Origin: an uncultured virus (IMG/VR IMGVR_UViG_3300042308_001600)
Taxonomy: Duplodnaviria; Heunggongvirae; Uroviricota; Caudoviricetes
IMG/VR virus record: IMGVR_UViG_3300042308_001600
Location: 1 to 64,000 of that record
Reading direction: 5' to 3' (one strand)
Length of the DNA: 64,000 nt
This document shows, in pieces, positions 1 to 8,950 of the stretch. A model generated the notes under the pieces. The model had not been told where the DNA came from. It saw only the letters and a program-made list of their open reading frames with translations, and searched no databases. The stretch's first letter is position 1. Every line of letters begins with the position of its first letter. The position numbers were made by a program, and so were the translations under genes.

Positions 1-185
1 CTGACCGTGAAGGCTGTGGCGCTTTGCTCAGTGATGCTGGCCTGGATGATGTACTTGGGGGAGTCCGCCGAAGTGTTGCGCACCACGGCGATAATTGTGT
101 CCGGGTCCACCGCGAACGCGACCGGGAAGATCACCTCCAGTTCAGTGGCGCTATTGGGGATGGTTTCGACTCCGGATTGGAACAT
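1..185 (-). CDS. partial beta-rich structural/lectin-like protein (runs off window edge)
   Basis: ATG at 185, 3 nt after upstream stop; MFQSGVETIPNSATELEVIFPVAFAVDPDTIIAVV...SITEQSATAFTV resembles H-type-lectin/tail-fibre modules; not in the ORF track because truncated. Confidence 0.55.
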   Translation of the reverse strand, partial: MFQSGVETIPNSATELEVIFPVAFAVDPDTIIAVVRNTSADSPKYIIQASITEQSATAFTV

Positions 186-188
186 AGG

Positions 189-458
189 TCAGGACTTAAA
201 GGGTTGGGGTGGCGGGGCTTCGCCGCTTAACGCAGACAGGTCGGGCACCACCACCTGGCTGAACGGCACACCAAAGGTCTTCGAATAGTTCTGGGCCACC
301 GTCGGCTCTTCCGTGAGGGTCACGAGCTTCAGGGAGTGCTTGCCAAGATCCGGCAGGAGCAGCAACGCGACAGCGCCTTCCTGGTCCAGCACCTCGACTG
401 CACAAGAGGTTGGGACCAGTACCACTGTACCGTCAGTGAGAGAGCGAAGGCGAATCAT
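189..458 (-). CDS. hypothetical protein
   Basis: 89 aa ORF filling the gap in a co-directional run. Confidence 0.6.
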   Translation of the reverse strand: MIRLRSLTDGTVVLVPTSCAVEVLDQEGAVALLLLPDLGKHSLKLVTLTEEPTVAQNYSKTFGVPFSQVVVPDLSALSGEAPPPQPFKS

Positions 459-470
459 GTGGGCTGTGGT

Positions 471-1103
471 TTATTGCACGCCTGCCTGCGCCATCATGTG
501 CTGCGAGGCTGGGTCAGCTTGTTGGAGCATCGGTTGGAGCTGCTGCTCAAGTGCCTGCTGGGACAGCTGCTGCTGCATGAGGGCCTTCTGGTGGGCCTGC
601 TCCTGTTGGGCGAGCTGCTGCTGCATATCCTGCAGCATGTCGGGCATGACCTTCGACGAGTCGTCGATGGCCTTCTGCATCGCCTTGAGCTGCATTTCCT
701 GCTGCATTGATTTCTGCTCGAAGGCCTGCGTCTTCTGCGCCAGGGCCTCGAACATCTGCTGCTGTTGCTGCGCCGTCTGCGCCAGCTGCTCGATGCCCTG
801 CAGCATCTCACCAACCTGCTGCTGAAGCTGCTGCAGCAACTGCATGGGATCAACACCCTGCTGGGACGGATCACCCTGGGGAGGCGGGGCGCCCTGCTGG
901 GACGGATCACCTTGAGGTGGCGGCGGGGCGCCTTGGGGAGGTGGTGCGCCCTGGGGAGGCGGGGCACCCTGCTGAGACGGATCACCTGGAGGTGGTGCCC
1001 CTTGTGGTGGAGGCGCGGCACCTTGCTGAGGTGGTCCACCAATGAAGGCGAGCTTCTGGGAAAGCTGACGGAAGTCAGCAGCAAGTTGAGCGGGTGTTGT
1101 CAT
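471..1103 (-). CDS. Gln/Pro-rich repeat and coiled-coil protein, probably virion-associated
   Basis: QGAPPP and GDPSQQG repeats then a Gln-rich heptad region; ATGA overlap with upstream gene. Confidence 0.75.
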   Translation of the reverse strand: MTTPAQLAADFRQLSQKLAFIGGPPQQGAAPPPQGAPPPGDPSQQGAPPPQGAPPPQGAPPPPQGDPSQQGAPPPQGDPSQQGVDPMQLLQQLQQQVGEMLQGIEQLAQTAQQQQQMFEALAQKTQAFEQKSMQQEMQLKAMQKAIDDSSKVMPDMLQDMQQQLAQQEQAHQKALMQQQLSQQALEQQLQPMLQQADPASQHMMAQAGVQ

Positions 1104-3100
1104 GAGGCAGGAGTGAGAGGGGTTATGGAGGGCTTGGCGGGGGCGGCGTGCTCGAATGCGACCTGCGGACGCCCCGGGCCAATTGGCATCTTGATCTTCG
1201 GCTTTGCGAGCCCACCCTGAGGTTCAAGGCCGGTGGGGGTGTGCATGATCGCACTGGCGAACTTGGAACACTGGAGCGCGAAGTGGAGGGCACCAGATTT
1301 GACTGGCGGCAGGACTGCTCGATAAGCATCAATGAGCGCATTTGTTGTCCTGTACTGCTCAGGTTTCACTTCTGGGAATTGCTTCTTCAGGTGATCCCAA
1401 TCACTCCCTGGCCAGTTGTTGAGGAGACGGAATTCCGTGTTACCTTGGTTCCTCAATATGTTCGCCGCATCCTGCTGTCCTTGTGTGGGAGGCATAGGGC
1501 CAGACTCCCAACCGAGTGTACCGCTGTCACTTGGTTTTAGCTTGGGAGCTGAAGCATTTGGGGGCGGCGTAGCGGCTTCCCATCCGAGTGAATCATCTAC
1601 CTTCGGTGTTGCTGGAGCAGCAGGCTTTGGAGTGACAACGGCTGGGGGTGATGCAGGCTTGGCCGCAGCTACTGGTGATGCAGGCTTGGCCGGAAGCTCC
1701 CGAATCAGCGGTCCCGACGTGTCCAGGTTAAGCAAGGAATTCGGATCATCCAAAGGAGAAACAGTATTACTCTGTTTCTTCAGAAGCTTCGGCTCTACTG
1801 GATTCGCTGCCCAGTCCTTGGTGGCCGCCGCGTCTGATTCAAATCCTGTCAGCTTTCTCCCTGAATGCGAAGGCTGTCCATGGACGTTCGCACCAAACGG
1901 GTCGCCTTCCCGCATCGCCGCTAATGCTGGATCATAACTACCTGGCCTGTTTGATGAAATAAATGTATTCCGAGATGGATCAAAGGTACTAGGAACCTTG
2001 AACTGCGGATTCACAGGCATTGACGTATAGGGCTCTGCGGCGGGCTGGCCTCCAGGTTTGCCTCCAGGTTTGCCTCCAGCCAACAACTGCTGTGGAGCAG
2101 GCACACGCGCGGGTAGGTTCAAAGAACCAAGATCATTGATGTACTGTTGGCGTCCTTCCGAGATGCCGATCGCGGGGTTCACGCGATCTGGATCCGTGAG
2201 GGACTGATAAGGCGAATCTCCAATACGGGAACCCGCCATGGTTTGGTTACGCAGGTTTGGCACATCCGGATAGGCCGGTCCACGTGGGTCTGCCATTGCA
2301 GGTCCTTTGAACAAGTACCCAGGGTTGGCCTTGTCGACCTCCGCGACAGCTTGTGTCTTGGCCGCCTCCTGCTGCTTCGCCACGATCGGTTCCAGATGGT
2401 CACGGAAGGCATTGGGGCCTGTGTAGGTCTTACCATCAATGACGGTCTTGCGGTCTGGGGCCGTGGCCCAGTTTGAGGGATTGTTGAATGTCACACTCCC
2501 AGTTCCGTACTGGGAGTTCAGGACACGCTTGTTGGGATCCCCACCTTTACGAAGGGAACTCTCTGGATCAATAGTGGCGCTGACATGTGTCCCTCCAGGA
2601 TTCCCTGGTGTCGGGCTGTACAGATCCGCACTGCCCATTTGCTGAACTGGTGTGCCCACTGTTCCTGGCGCACGGTCCGTGTAGGCCCGCCCACCCCAGC
2701 CTTTGTAAAAATTCGCGAGATCTGGTCGCGACATGGCCTTGAAATCCGCAGGGTCGCCAACCGGAACTGCCAGACCTCCGTTGCCCGGCTCCCAAGTGGA
2801 GACGTTGGGACGTGTGCCAGCATTACCTGCAAAAGCGGCGTTGCCAACCGGAGCCGAAGTGGGAGCACCGTTGTTTGGTGCGGTGGTAGTTGGCGTGGTG
2901 GTTGGCGTGGTGGTTGCGGTGGTAGTTGGCGTGGTGGTTGTCGTTGTCGTCGGCGCAGGAGCGGGCAGTCTTGTGACGATCTCATTGGGATCATCCGTGC
3001 CTGGTGTCACCACAGGACTTGGCATTCCCTTAGCCGGATCATAGCTTGCCGTGTTGTCGACAGTGGCAAGCTTCAGTAATGTACGTGGTAAAAAGGTCAT
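1100..3100 (-). CDS. Pro/Thr-rich low-complexity protein with KxA motifs, putative virion internal protein
   Basis: 666 aa; N-terminal LLKLA, Thr tract, GGKP and LGWE repeats, C-terminal KFA. Confidence 0.75.
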   Translation of the reverse strand: MTFLPRTLLKLATVDNTASYDPAKGMPSPVVTPGTDDPNEIVTRLPAPAPTTTTTTTPTTTATTTPTTTPTTTAPNNGAPTSAPVGNAAFAGNAGTRPNVSTWEPGNGGLAVPVGDPADFKAMSRPDLANFYKGWGGRAYTDRAPGTVGTPVQQMGSADLYSPTPGNPGGTHVSATIDPESSLRKGGDPNKRVLNSQYGTGSVTFNNPSNWATAPDRKTVIDGKTYTGPNAFRDHLEPIVAKQQEAAKTQAVAEVDKANPGYLFKGPAMADPRGPAYPDVPNLRNQTMAGSRIGDSPYQSLTDPDRVNPAIGISEGRQQYINDLGSLNLPARVPAPQQLLAGGKPGGKPGGQPAAEPYTSMPVNPQFKVPSTFDPSRNTFISSNRPGSYDPALAAMREGDPFGANVHGQPSHSGRKLTGFESDAAATKDWAANPVEPKLLKKQSNTVSPLDDPNSLLNLDTSGPLIRELPAKPASPVAAAKPASPPAVVTPKPAAPATPKVDDSLGWEAATPPPNASAPKLKPSDSGTLGWESGPMPPTQGQQDAANILRNQGNTEFRLLNNWPGSDWDHLKKQFPEVKPEQYRTTNALIDAYRAVLPPVKSGALHFALQCSKFASAIMHTPTGLEPQGGLAKPKIKMPIGPGRPQVAFEHAAPAKPSITPLTPAS

Positions 3101-3109
3101 GGGGTCAGG

Positions 3110-6100
3110 CTAGTCCGGAATTTCAATGTCGTCCTCCAACTTTACAGCGCCGCTCTGCATACCCGCAAGCGCTTCCTGTCCTGAAGCGAAGCTGTGCAGC
3201 TTCGTAGGCGGACGTTTGTTGGCATTCCAGATGCCTAAAATTTGCTCATGCTTAGGCACCGGGACCACGTCGTCCTGGTTCTTGATGGAGAACAGCATCT
3301 TGCTGGCCATCAACTTCTCCTTGGTCTCCTTGATGGATTCTGGCAGGACCGGCAGGGAGACGTTGATCTGGTCCCCGTCGAAGTCGGCGTTCTGACCGGC
3401 CGTGATATAGGGGTTGATGGCAATGTGCGGACCGTCGTGGATCCGGGCATACTGCCCGACGGCGTTGAACTTGTGCCAGGCTGGAGCGCGGGAAAGGATG
3501 AAGGGTGTGTCCTTCAGCTCAAGCTCCAGGGTGCGGCTGGCAAAGGCGTCACGGTCCTTCACGGCTTTGATGGTCTGGGCGGGACTCATGCCCATCATGG
3601 CCAGCCGCCGCTGTACCTTGGAACCGGCGAGCGTCCAGGCCATCTCACGGGGGATCGAGACTTCATCGAGGCCCAGGTCTGGATCGACCGTGATGACACT
3701 GCGGCCCACGTTGTCGATGGGCTTGGAAAGGAGCCGGCGTTGAACGAAGGAGTTACCACTGACGACGGCGGCACCGTTGCGGCGCACCACAAGCAGCCCG
3801 TTAGGTACAGCGACACAATAAATGTGACCGTTGTACTGCACATCCTGAACTGTCCCGTTCGACTCGGTTTGAACGAACCAGCGCCCAATGAGCACACCAT
3901 TGTACTTCTCAGCATGGTGCTCTGGATACAGATGCGGGTGCTCTTTTCTACGGCGGATACAAATACCAAGTTTGAAGCCTACTTCCATCAGGTCATCGAA
4001 CAGCTTTGGACTTGTGGTAATGAAAGCATGATGTGAATCTGTAAGAGCATCACGGAACCGGTAGTTGTCGGACGCGTTTGCACGCTTCTGCCATGGAACG
4101 CGCTTAGCGCCATCCCCCTTCAGGTAGGTGTCGAACAGCAACCCCAACAGGGTCTGATTCCAATCACGTGCTAGAGCAGGTATGCGCTTGAAATTGGAAC
4201 CTTTGCCGCAATGCTGTTCCAACCATGCAACCAACGGTCTACATCCCTTGATGCTCCAACCGTAACCGCTGAAGCGAGGCTCCTCCCGGTGCATGTTCAC
4301 TTTGGACACCTCTTGTACATTGCTGATGTCTCGGAACAAAGCGTCTAGTTCCAAGCAGTAATCGGGGTTTGCTTCGGTCTGCCAGATTGTAGCGATCGTA
4401 CCACATTCGTGTGTGCTTCCTTCTGAAATGTACCAACCGATAAAACGTGCAAACAGTTCAGCGGGCCAGTGGCGTGCACACTCTGGCAGTTCGACCGAGC
4501 CCTCCCAACCACCTGCGCCCACCATAGCGAAGTGACGTACTTTGTGCGCGACCAACTCGTCGGCCCGCATCGCATACCAACCAGTGCGCAAATTGTCGTC
4601 CGTCATCTTATTCTTCTTGTCGCGCTTTTTGGTCCACATCCGGTGATTGGGTGTGACCAAAAGGTCCATGCGCTTGCCTGTACGCCCACCAACTACGAAC
4701 CGCTTCATGGTACCGCTGTATTCTGAATCGATGTACTCCGTAGGGGTCTGCCATTCGAATGCCAGGGTCTTGGGATTTATGGTGGCCACCTGCGCCCCAC
4801 GCTCCAGTTCAGAGAACTTCACCCACCCTTGACCCCGCGTCAGGATTTCTGTGTCTGCAGAGTAGCAGTGCTTTGGCCCTTCGTTGAGGATCTGGTCCAA
4901 GTAGCCCGAGGGTCCACGCTCCTTGAGCTTCGGGGACACGGGGTCTCCGTAACCGTACAGGGCCCTCGTGGCATTCAGGAGATTCATGCGCGTCAGGGCT
5001 GCGCCGCCTTCCCCCAGGGTCGAGAGCGTCTCGTCATGGATAGCCCGGTGCTTGAAGAGGTCCTGGTACAGTTCATTGGCGTCACCGGGAATGTAGGTGG
5101 TGCCCAGGAACGAGAAGGGCCTGAAGGCCGGTGGCAGTACTGGCACCCGCTTGATCATGAGCTCCTCGGGCTTGATGTCATTACGGCGCAGACCCTCAAG
5201 GGCATTGAGCATCTTGACCCCACGGTCACGCTTGGTGATCTTCCCGGAGGCAATGTCAGCACGGGCTTGCTTCTCGAGGTCATCGAGGTTCAGGGCCTTG
5301 AGGGCTTCCAGGATTCCATGCGGGCCAGTACGGCCTGCGATCTGTACTGAGGCGGACTTCTCTTGGGCTTGGTCCCAGGAAGCCTGCTTCTTACGTTCAG
5401 CATCGACATCGAAGCTGTGACCGCAGTCACGACACTCCGCGTTCGAGTGGGTCTTGAAGAACTCGAAGTCCTTGGGCTTGCCACCGCATTCGGGACATTG
5501 ACCCCGACGTACCCACAGGTTCCGGAGCTTGTCCCCGGCGGCCTGCTTCTCCTCTCCTCGCCCTGGAACGGAAACGTTCTCCGGCGAGGTGGAGGCCTTC
5601 TTGGCCCGCCGTGCAGCCAGGATAGCCCGCTTCTTCTCCCGCTGCTGGTACAGGATCTCCTTCATGGATTCCCCGCCGAAGCCCTGGTAGTTCTCAATTC
5701 TCTCGTCGGACATCTCCGGGTCATCCACGATCCCTTGGCAGTTGGGACACAGCTGGTCAGCGTCCATGGGCTCAATGCCTTCCCGCTCGGCCTGTTCGAA
5801 GTCAGGACGCGGGTAGCCCTTCTCGGTAAACTTGTGGTCACAGTGTGGGCAGTGGTCATCCTGAACTTCCACCATCCTGGTCTTCCGAACCATCTCGGCC
5901 GCGACCTTGGTCAGAAGCTCGCCCTTGTCTGGCACGACCCCGATGGCCCGGTCATCGTAGAAGCGGGTTATCGTTGGATCCTTGATGTTCGTGATCTTCA
6001 TCTTCTCTAACCCGTGATCATCGAGCCACTTCCGCACCGTGCTGTGCATCTTGGGATCCTTGGAACTGGCGCGGGCCGTGAAGCACAAGGTGCGCTTCCC

Positions 6101-6241
6101 ATCCCGGATGGCCTTCAGGGCCAGGTCCAAGATTGCCTCCACGGGTTCCCCTACCGAGTACGGATTGAAGGGCTCCTGGCGTAGGGCCAGTGTTCCATCA
6201 AGGTCAAAGGCGATTACATCTGGTCTAGTCTTGTCGGCCAT
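3110..6241 (-). CDS. rpoC: DNA-directed RNA polymerase beta-prime catalytic fragment with intein, fused to N-terminal HAD phosphatase and Zn-ribbons
   Basis: VPVLPPAFRP, RRLLSKPIDNVGRSVI, RAPAWHK and NADFDGD motifs; N-terminal FDLDGT...FTAR...K...DD HAD motifs; CxxC pairs. Confidence 0.92.
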   Translation of the reverse strand: MADKTRPDVIAFDLDGTLALRQEPFNPYSVGEPVEAILDLALKAIRDGKRTLCFTARASSKDPKMHSTVRKWLDDHGLEKMKITNIKDPTITRFYDDRAIGVVPDKGELLTKVAAEMVRKTRMVEVQDDHCPHCDHKFTEKGYPRPDFEQAEREGIEPMDADQLCPNCQGIVDDPEMSDERIENYQGFGGESMKEILYQQREKKRAILAARRAKKASTSPENVSVPGRGEEKQAAGDKLRNLWVRRGQCPECGGKPKDFEFFKTHSNAECRDCGHSFDVDAERKKQASWDQAQEKSASVQIAGRTGPHGILEALKALNLDDLEKQARADIASGKITKRDRGVKMLNALEGLRRNDIKPEELMIKRVPVLPPAFRPFSFLGTTYIPGDANELYQDLFKHRAIHDETLSTLGEGGAALTRMNLLNATRALYGYGDPVSPKLKERGPSGYLDQILNEGPKHCYSADTEILTRGQGWVKFSELERGAQVATINPKTLAFEWQTPTEYIDSEYSGTMKRFVVGGRTGKRMDLLVTPNHRMWTKKRDKKNKMTDDNLRTGWYAMRADELVAHKVRHFAMVGAGGWEGSVELPECARHWPAELFARFIGWYISEGSTHECGTIATIWQTEANPDYCLELDALFRDISNVQEVSKVNMHREEPRFSGYGWSIKGCRPLVAWLEQHCGKGSNFKRIPALARDWNQTLLGLLFDTYLKGDGAKRVPWQKRANASDNYRFRDALTDSHHAFITTSPKLFDDLMEVGFKLGICIRRRKEHPHLYPEHHAEKYNGVLIGRWFVQTESNGTVQDVQYNGHIYCVAVPNGLLVVRRNGAAVVSGNSFVQRRLLSKPIDNVGRSVITVDPDLGLDEVSIPREMAWTLAGSKVQRRLAMMGMSPAQTIKAVKDRDAFASRTLELELKDTPFILSRAPAWHKFNAVGQYARIHDGPHIAINPYITAGQNADFDGDQINVSLPVLPESIKETKEKLMASKMLFSIKNQDDVVPVPKHEQILGIWNANKRPPTKLHSFASGQEALAGMQSGAVKLEDDIEIPD
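3752..4867 (-). mobile_element. intein (372 aa) with LAGLIDADG-type homing endonuclease
   Basis: starts CYSADTEILT, block B VTPNHRMW, endonuclease-like motifs FIGWYISEG and YLKGDG, ends YCVAVPNG...VVSGN followed by Ser; removal restores GPKH-SFVQRRLLSK. Confidence 0.9.
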
Positions 6242-6246
6242 ACCCT

Positions 6247-6275
6247 AGTGTGGCATGGACGTGACCGGGGAGCAA
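6247..6275 (-). promoter_or_regulatory. sigma70-like promoter, probably leaderless, for the RNAP gene
   Basis: TTGCTC-17 bp-CACACT ending 5 nt before ATG. Confidence 0.5.
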
Positions 6276-6277
6276 GT

Positions 6278-7285
6278 TTACTTCATGGGAGCAGCAGCGC
6301 CATGGGGCGTACGGGCGGGTAACAACTGTTTCAATTTTTCCACCCCACCACGCAAGTACTCCTGAATTCTAAACCATTCACTACCTAATCTTGACTCAAA
6401 ACCCTGCCGCCCCATAAACTGCTCCATCCCCTGCGGGATACGTGAGGCCCACGATCCCTTGTACACAGGGGACGTGATATTACGCAGTATGTGCTGCCAT
6501 TGTTTATTTGCCGGTACGCGAAGCAGTTTACCGTCATGTACAAATGCCCAATTGCGGAAATTGTTGATACCCGATTGTAGTTTGGTCTCATACCAAGGTA
6601 CCCAGCTGTCAGCCGGCTCCAGTCCCTTGCCGGTCACCAACTCTCTTGGGTCAGCTAGCTTGAGTTGGTGGCGCGCCCATAAATTCTTGTTCGTGCGGGC
6701 TAAGCCGAATGCATCGCCACGCAAATTCGGTGGTTGACGCAGCGCGGAAACAACACTGTCCCAAGTACGCCCCATTTGCTTGGTGACGTCCATGTCCTGT
6801 AAAAAGTCAGCGCTGTAGCGATTAAGTGGGCTTGCCTGGTATTCAGCAACCAACGCGGGAGCTGAACGATTCGGTCCGTACTTGGCGGCCAGAGCAGGGG
6901 ACGGAGTTCCATGGACCCAGCTACCTGCTTCAATGTTGGGAGTTAAGGTTCTCATTCCACGAAACAGTGAACCCGGAGTTTGCTTATTCTGAAGCATGTT
7001 TGCGCCGAGTGTCTCTAGCGGTGTCACGTCGTCCAATTTGTTTACCTGCTTCAGCAGCCCTGACATCTCTTGCGCTGGTGCGTAAGGGTTCGAGCTCATA
7101 TGTGACTTGGCTATTTGCAGCTGAGTCAGGCGGGTCGGATCTCCCCACTTGGGTGGATGTATATTAGACGTTATTGCCGGTGTTGGTGGGCGGCGCATGA
7201 AAGCCGCCAACGCCTTTGCAGTACGCCACCTAGCCAATCCCTGCTTCACCATGTATGAACTGACTTGGATGTGCGTCGGTTTCAT
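6278..7285 (-). CDS. putative virion protein with possible ADP-ribosyltransferase-like domain
   Basis: N-terminal HIQVSSYMVKQG motif; LFRG...HGTPS..AAKYG...YE arrangement resembles the ART fold. Confidence 0.6.
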   Translation of the reverse strand: MKPTHIQVSSYMVKQGLARWRTAKALAAFMRRPPTPAITSNIHPPKWGDPTRLTQLQIAKSHMSSNPYAPAQEMSGLLKQVNKLDDVTPLETLGANMLQNKQTPGSLFRGMRTLTPNIEAGSWVHGTPSPALAAKYGPNRSAPALVAEYQASPLNRYSADFLQDMDVTKQMGRTWDSVVSALRQPPNLRGDAFGLARTNKNLWARHQLKLADPRELVTGKGLEPADSWVPWYETKLQSGINNFRNWAFVHDGKLLRVPANKQWQHILRNITSPVYKGSWASRIPQGMEQFMGRQGFESRLGSEWFRIQEYLRGGVEKLKQLLPARTPHGAAAPMK

Positions 7286-7288
7286 AAA

Positions 7289-7933
7289 TTAGCCTCGTGC
7301 TGCCGCGATCCCGGCAGGAGCTTTGATCTTGAAGTCAGGCGCTGTTGGCTGGGTCGGCTGCACAGCGGTCGGTGCAGCGGGTGGTTGGAACATCTTAGGC
7401 GCTTGCTTCAAATGCCCTCCGAGTCCCGGCTGCTGTCCAGCTACGGACTTTGCTGCTCCGAGGGTCGCGCGCTTGAGCAAGTACGAGCTGACGCGGATGT
7501 GGGAAGCTTGCTTGTGTCCGAAGACCTGATTGATCTGCGCTTGGTACGGGACCAACATTGTTGACAGATCGACCGCGCGCGACTGTAACCACTGCCCGAA
7601 TGATGGTAGACCCTGCCGCACCTCCGCAGGAACCGGCACGGGTGGGAGTTCCTGTTTGGGAGGTGCCCAACCTGCCGGAGCTGGTTGTCCTGAGCGTGTC
7701 AGGATGGGTGATGCAAGCGTAGGGGCTTGCGGGGTTGGCGGAACCGGCAACGCGTACTGCTTACCAGGCGGCAAGGCTGCTACGGTTTTGTCCGTCTTGG
7801 ATGTTGGAGGGATCGGAACGGGCAGGTCGTACTGTTTACCTTCCGGTGGGGGAGGGGTCGCGCCTGCGCGTTTGACGTGAGAGAGAAGTTGAAACGGCGT
7901 TGCCATCCTCAACTGTCGCAACAAGCGGGACAC
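7289..7933 (-). CDS. Pro-rich KxA-motif protein
   Basis: VKRA, KQASHIRVSSYLLKRA; two GKQYxLPVP repeats. Confidence 0.7.
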   Translation of the reverse strand: MSRLLRQLRMATPFQLLSHVKRAGATPPPPEGKQYDLPVPIPPTSKTDKTVAALPPGKQYALPVPPTPQAPTLASPILTRSGQPAPAGWAPPKQELPPVPVPAEVRQGLPSFGQWLQSRAVDLSTMLVPYQAQINQVFGHKQASHIRVSSYLLKRATLGAAKSVAGQQPGLGGHLKQAPKMFQPPAAPTAVQPTQPTAPDFKIKAPAGIAAARG

Positions 7934-7981
7934 TCTGCAAGTTTTGTCAGAAACCGTGCGGAAGTGTTTTTGCCTCTGGCT

Positions 7982-8599
7982 TCATCGTGTCTTAGGTTGG
8001 TTGAGCTGGTCCGTCAGGCTCTTGAGCTTTAGACCCAAACCACCTGCCGTTGCCAGTCCGCCGACAATAGGGGCTGCAGTCAGGAGTTGGTACGGCAGGG
8101 CCGCCGCGCGGGCACCCAACCGTTTGAAGTCTCGTGCATAGGACGGTGCGGTCTCCCACAACTTCAATGCTCCTCTGACAGGAGCCATCAGGCCTTTGGT
8201 CTCTCCAGTGCGGGCACCGAACTCAGCCAGGATGCTGCGTAGGCCTGACTTGAAGCTATTACCCGGCTGAGATATGCCGGCCTGCACAGTTCTGTCCAGC
8301 CAGGTGTGTGGTGCCTTGATTTGGGCCATGTGGGTAAGCTCGTGCCGCAGTGATTGTCGTGCTACAGTCGGCGAAAGCCCACCGCGCACTAGCAGTAGGT
8401 CATCCTTGGGACGGTACTGGCCCCAAGTGTCAGGACCTGGAAACGAGCTGGCGCGAGCATTGGGGATCACGATCGTCTTGCGGCGCGCAGCCATCAAGGC
8501 AGGGTAGCGTTCGAAGGACCCCAACCCCTTCGCGGCAGGCGCTGCACGCCCAAGCAACTTGCCAAGCAACTGTACTGGTCCTGCCTGTTTGTACATCAT
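7982..8599 (-). CDS. HExxH zincin-like metallopeptidase-domain protein
   Basis: MMYKQAG start; GQY...LRHELTH...AE motif; C-terminal hydrophobic Gly-rich helix. Confidence 0.7.
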   Translation of the reverse strand: MMYKQAGPVQLLGKLLGRAAPAAKGLGSFERYPALMAARRKTIVIPNARASSFPGPDTWGQYRPKDDLLLVRGGLSPTVARQSLRHELTHMAQIKAPHTWLDRTVQAGISQPGNSFKSGLRSILAEFGARTGETKGLMAPVRGALKLWETAPSYARDFKRLGARAAALPYQLLTAAPIVGGLATAGGLGLKLKSLTDQLNQPKTR

Positions 8600-8916
8600 G
8601 GGGGTGTAGTTGAACTTGCGCTTGGTGTGACGGTCACGTGCAGTCCATCGATCTTGCTGACCAGTTGTGTAATTCGCTCCTGCTGGATATCGAGTCGCTT
8701 CACGAGGTTCTCATCCGCGAGCCAGGCTGCATCCTTGTTGGTCTTCAGGGCAGCCTCAATAGCCGAGATCCTGACTTCGATCATGACCTTTGCTTCGACC
8801 CTACTCTCGATACGGTGCTCCAACCACGTGTACATGGTCAGGCTGCCGGTTAACAACCCCATGACCGTGCCACCGATCATGGCAATCCAGCTGGGAGGTT
8901 TGGAGGCGTCAGGCAT
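8596..8916 (-). CDS. single-TM coiled-coil protein (lysis accessory-like)
   Basis: N-terminal TM (WIAMIGG...YTWL) followed by heptad repeats. Confidence 0.65.
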   Translation of the reverse strand: MPDASKPPSWIAMIGGTVMGLLTGSLTMYTWLEHRIESRVEAKVMIEVRISAIEAALKTNKDAAWLADENLVKRLDIQQERITQLVSKIDGLHVTVTPSASSTTPP

Positions 8917-8921
8917 ACTGG

Positions 8922-8950
8922 AATGTCCCGGCCCTGCGAGTACTAGTCAA
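8922..8950 (-). promoter_or_regulatory. sigma70-like promoter, probably leaderless
   Basis: TTGACT-17 bp-GACATT ending 5 nt before ATG 8916. Confidence 0.5.

Noticed and set aside
2880..2952. Short tandem repeats (GTGGTTGGC-like)
   Set aside because: Encode the Thr/Pro tract of the 1100-3100 protein; no unique spacers, so not CRISPR.
3110..6241. Cellular rpoC of a bacterial chromosome
   Set aside because: Truncated after the catalytic region, fused to HAD, no rpoB or ribosomal-protein neighbours, and phage-like context.
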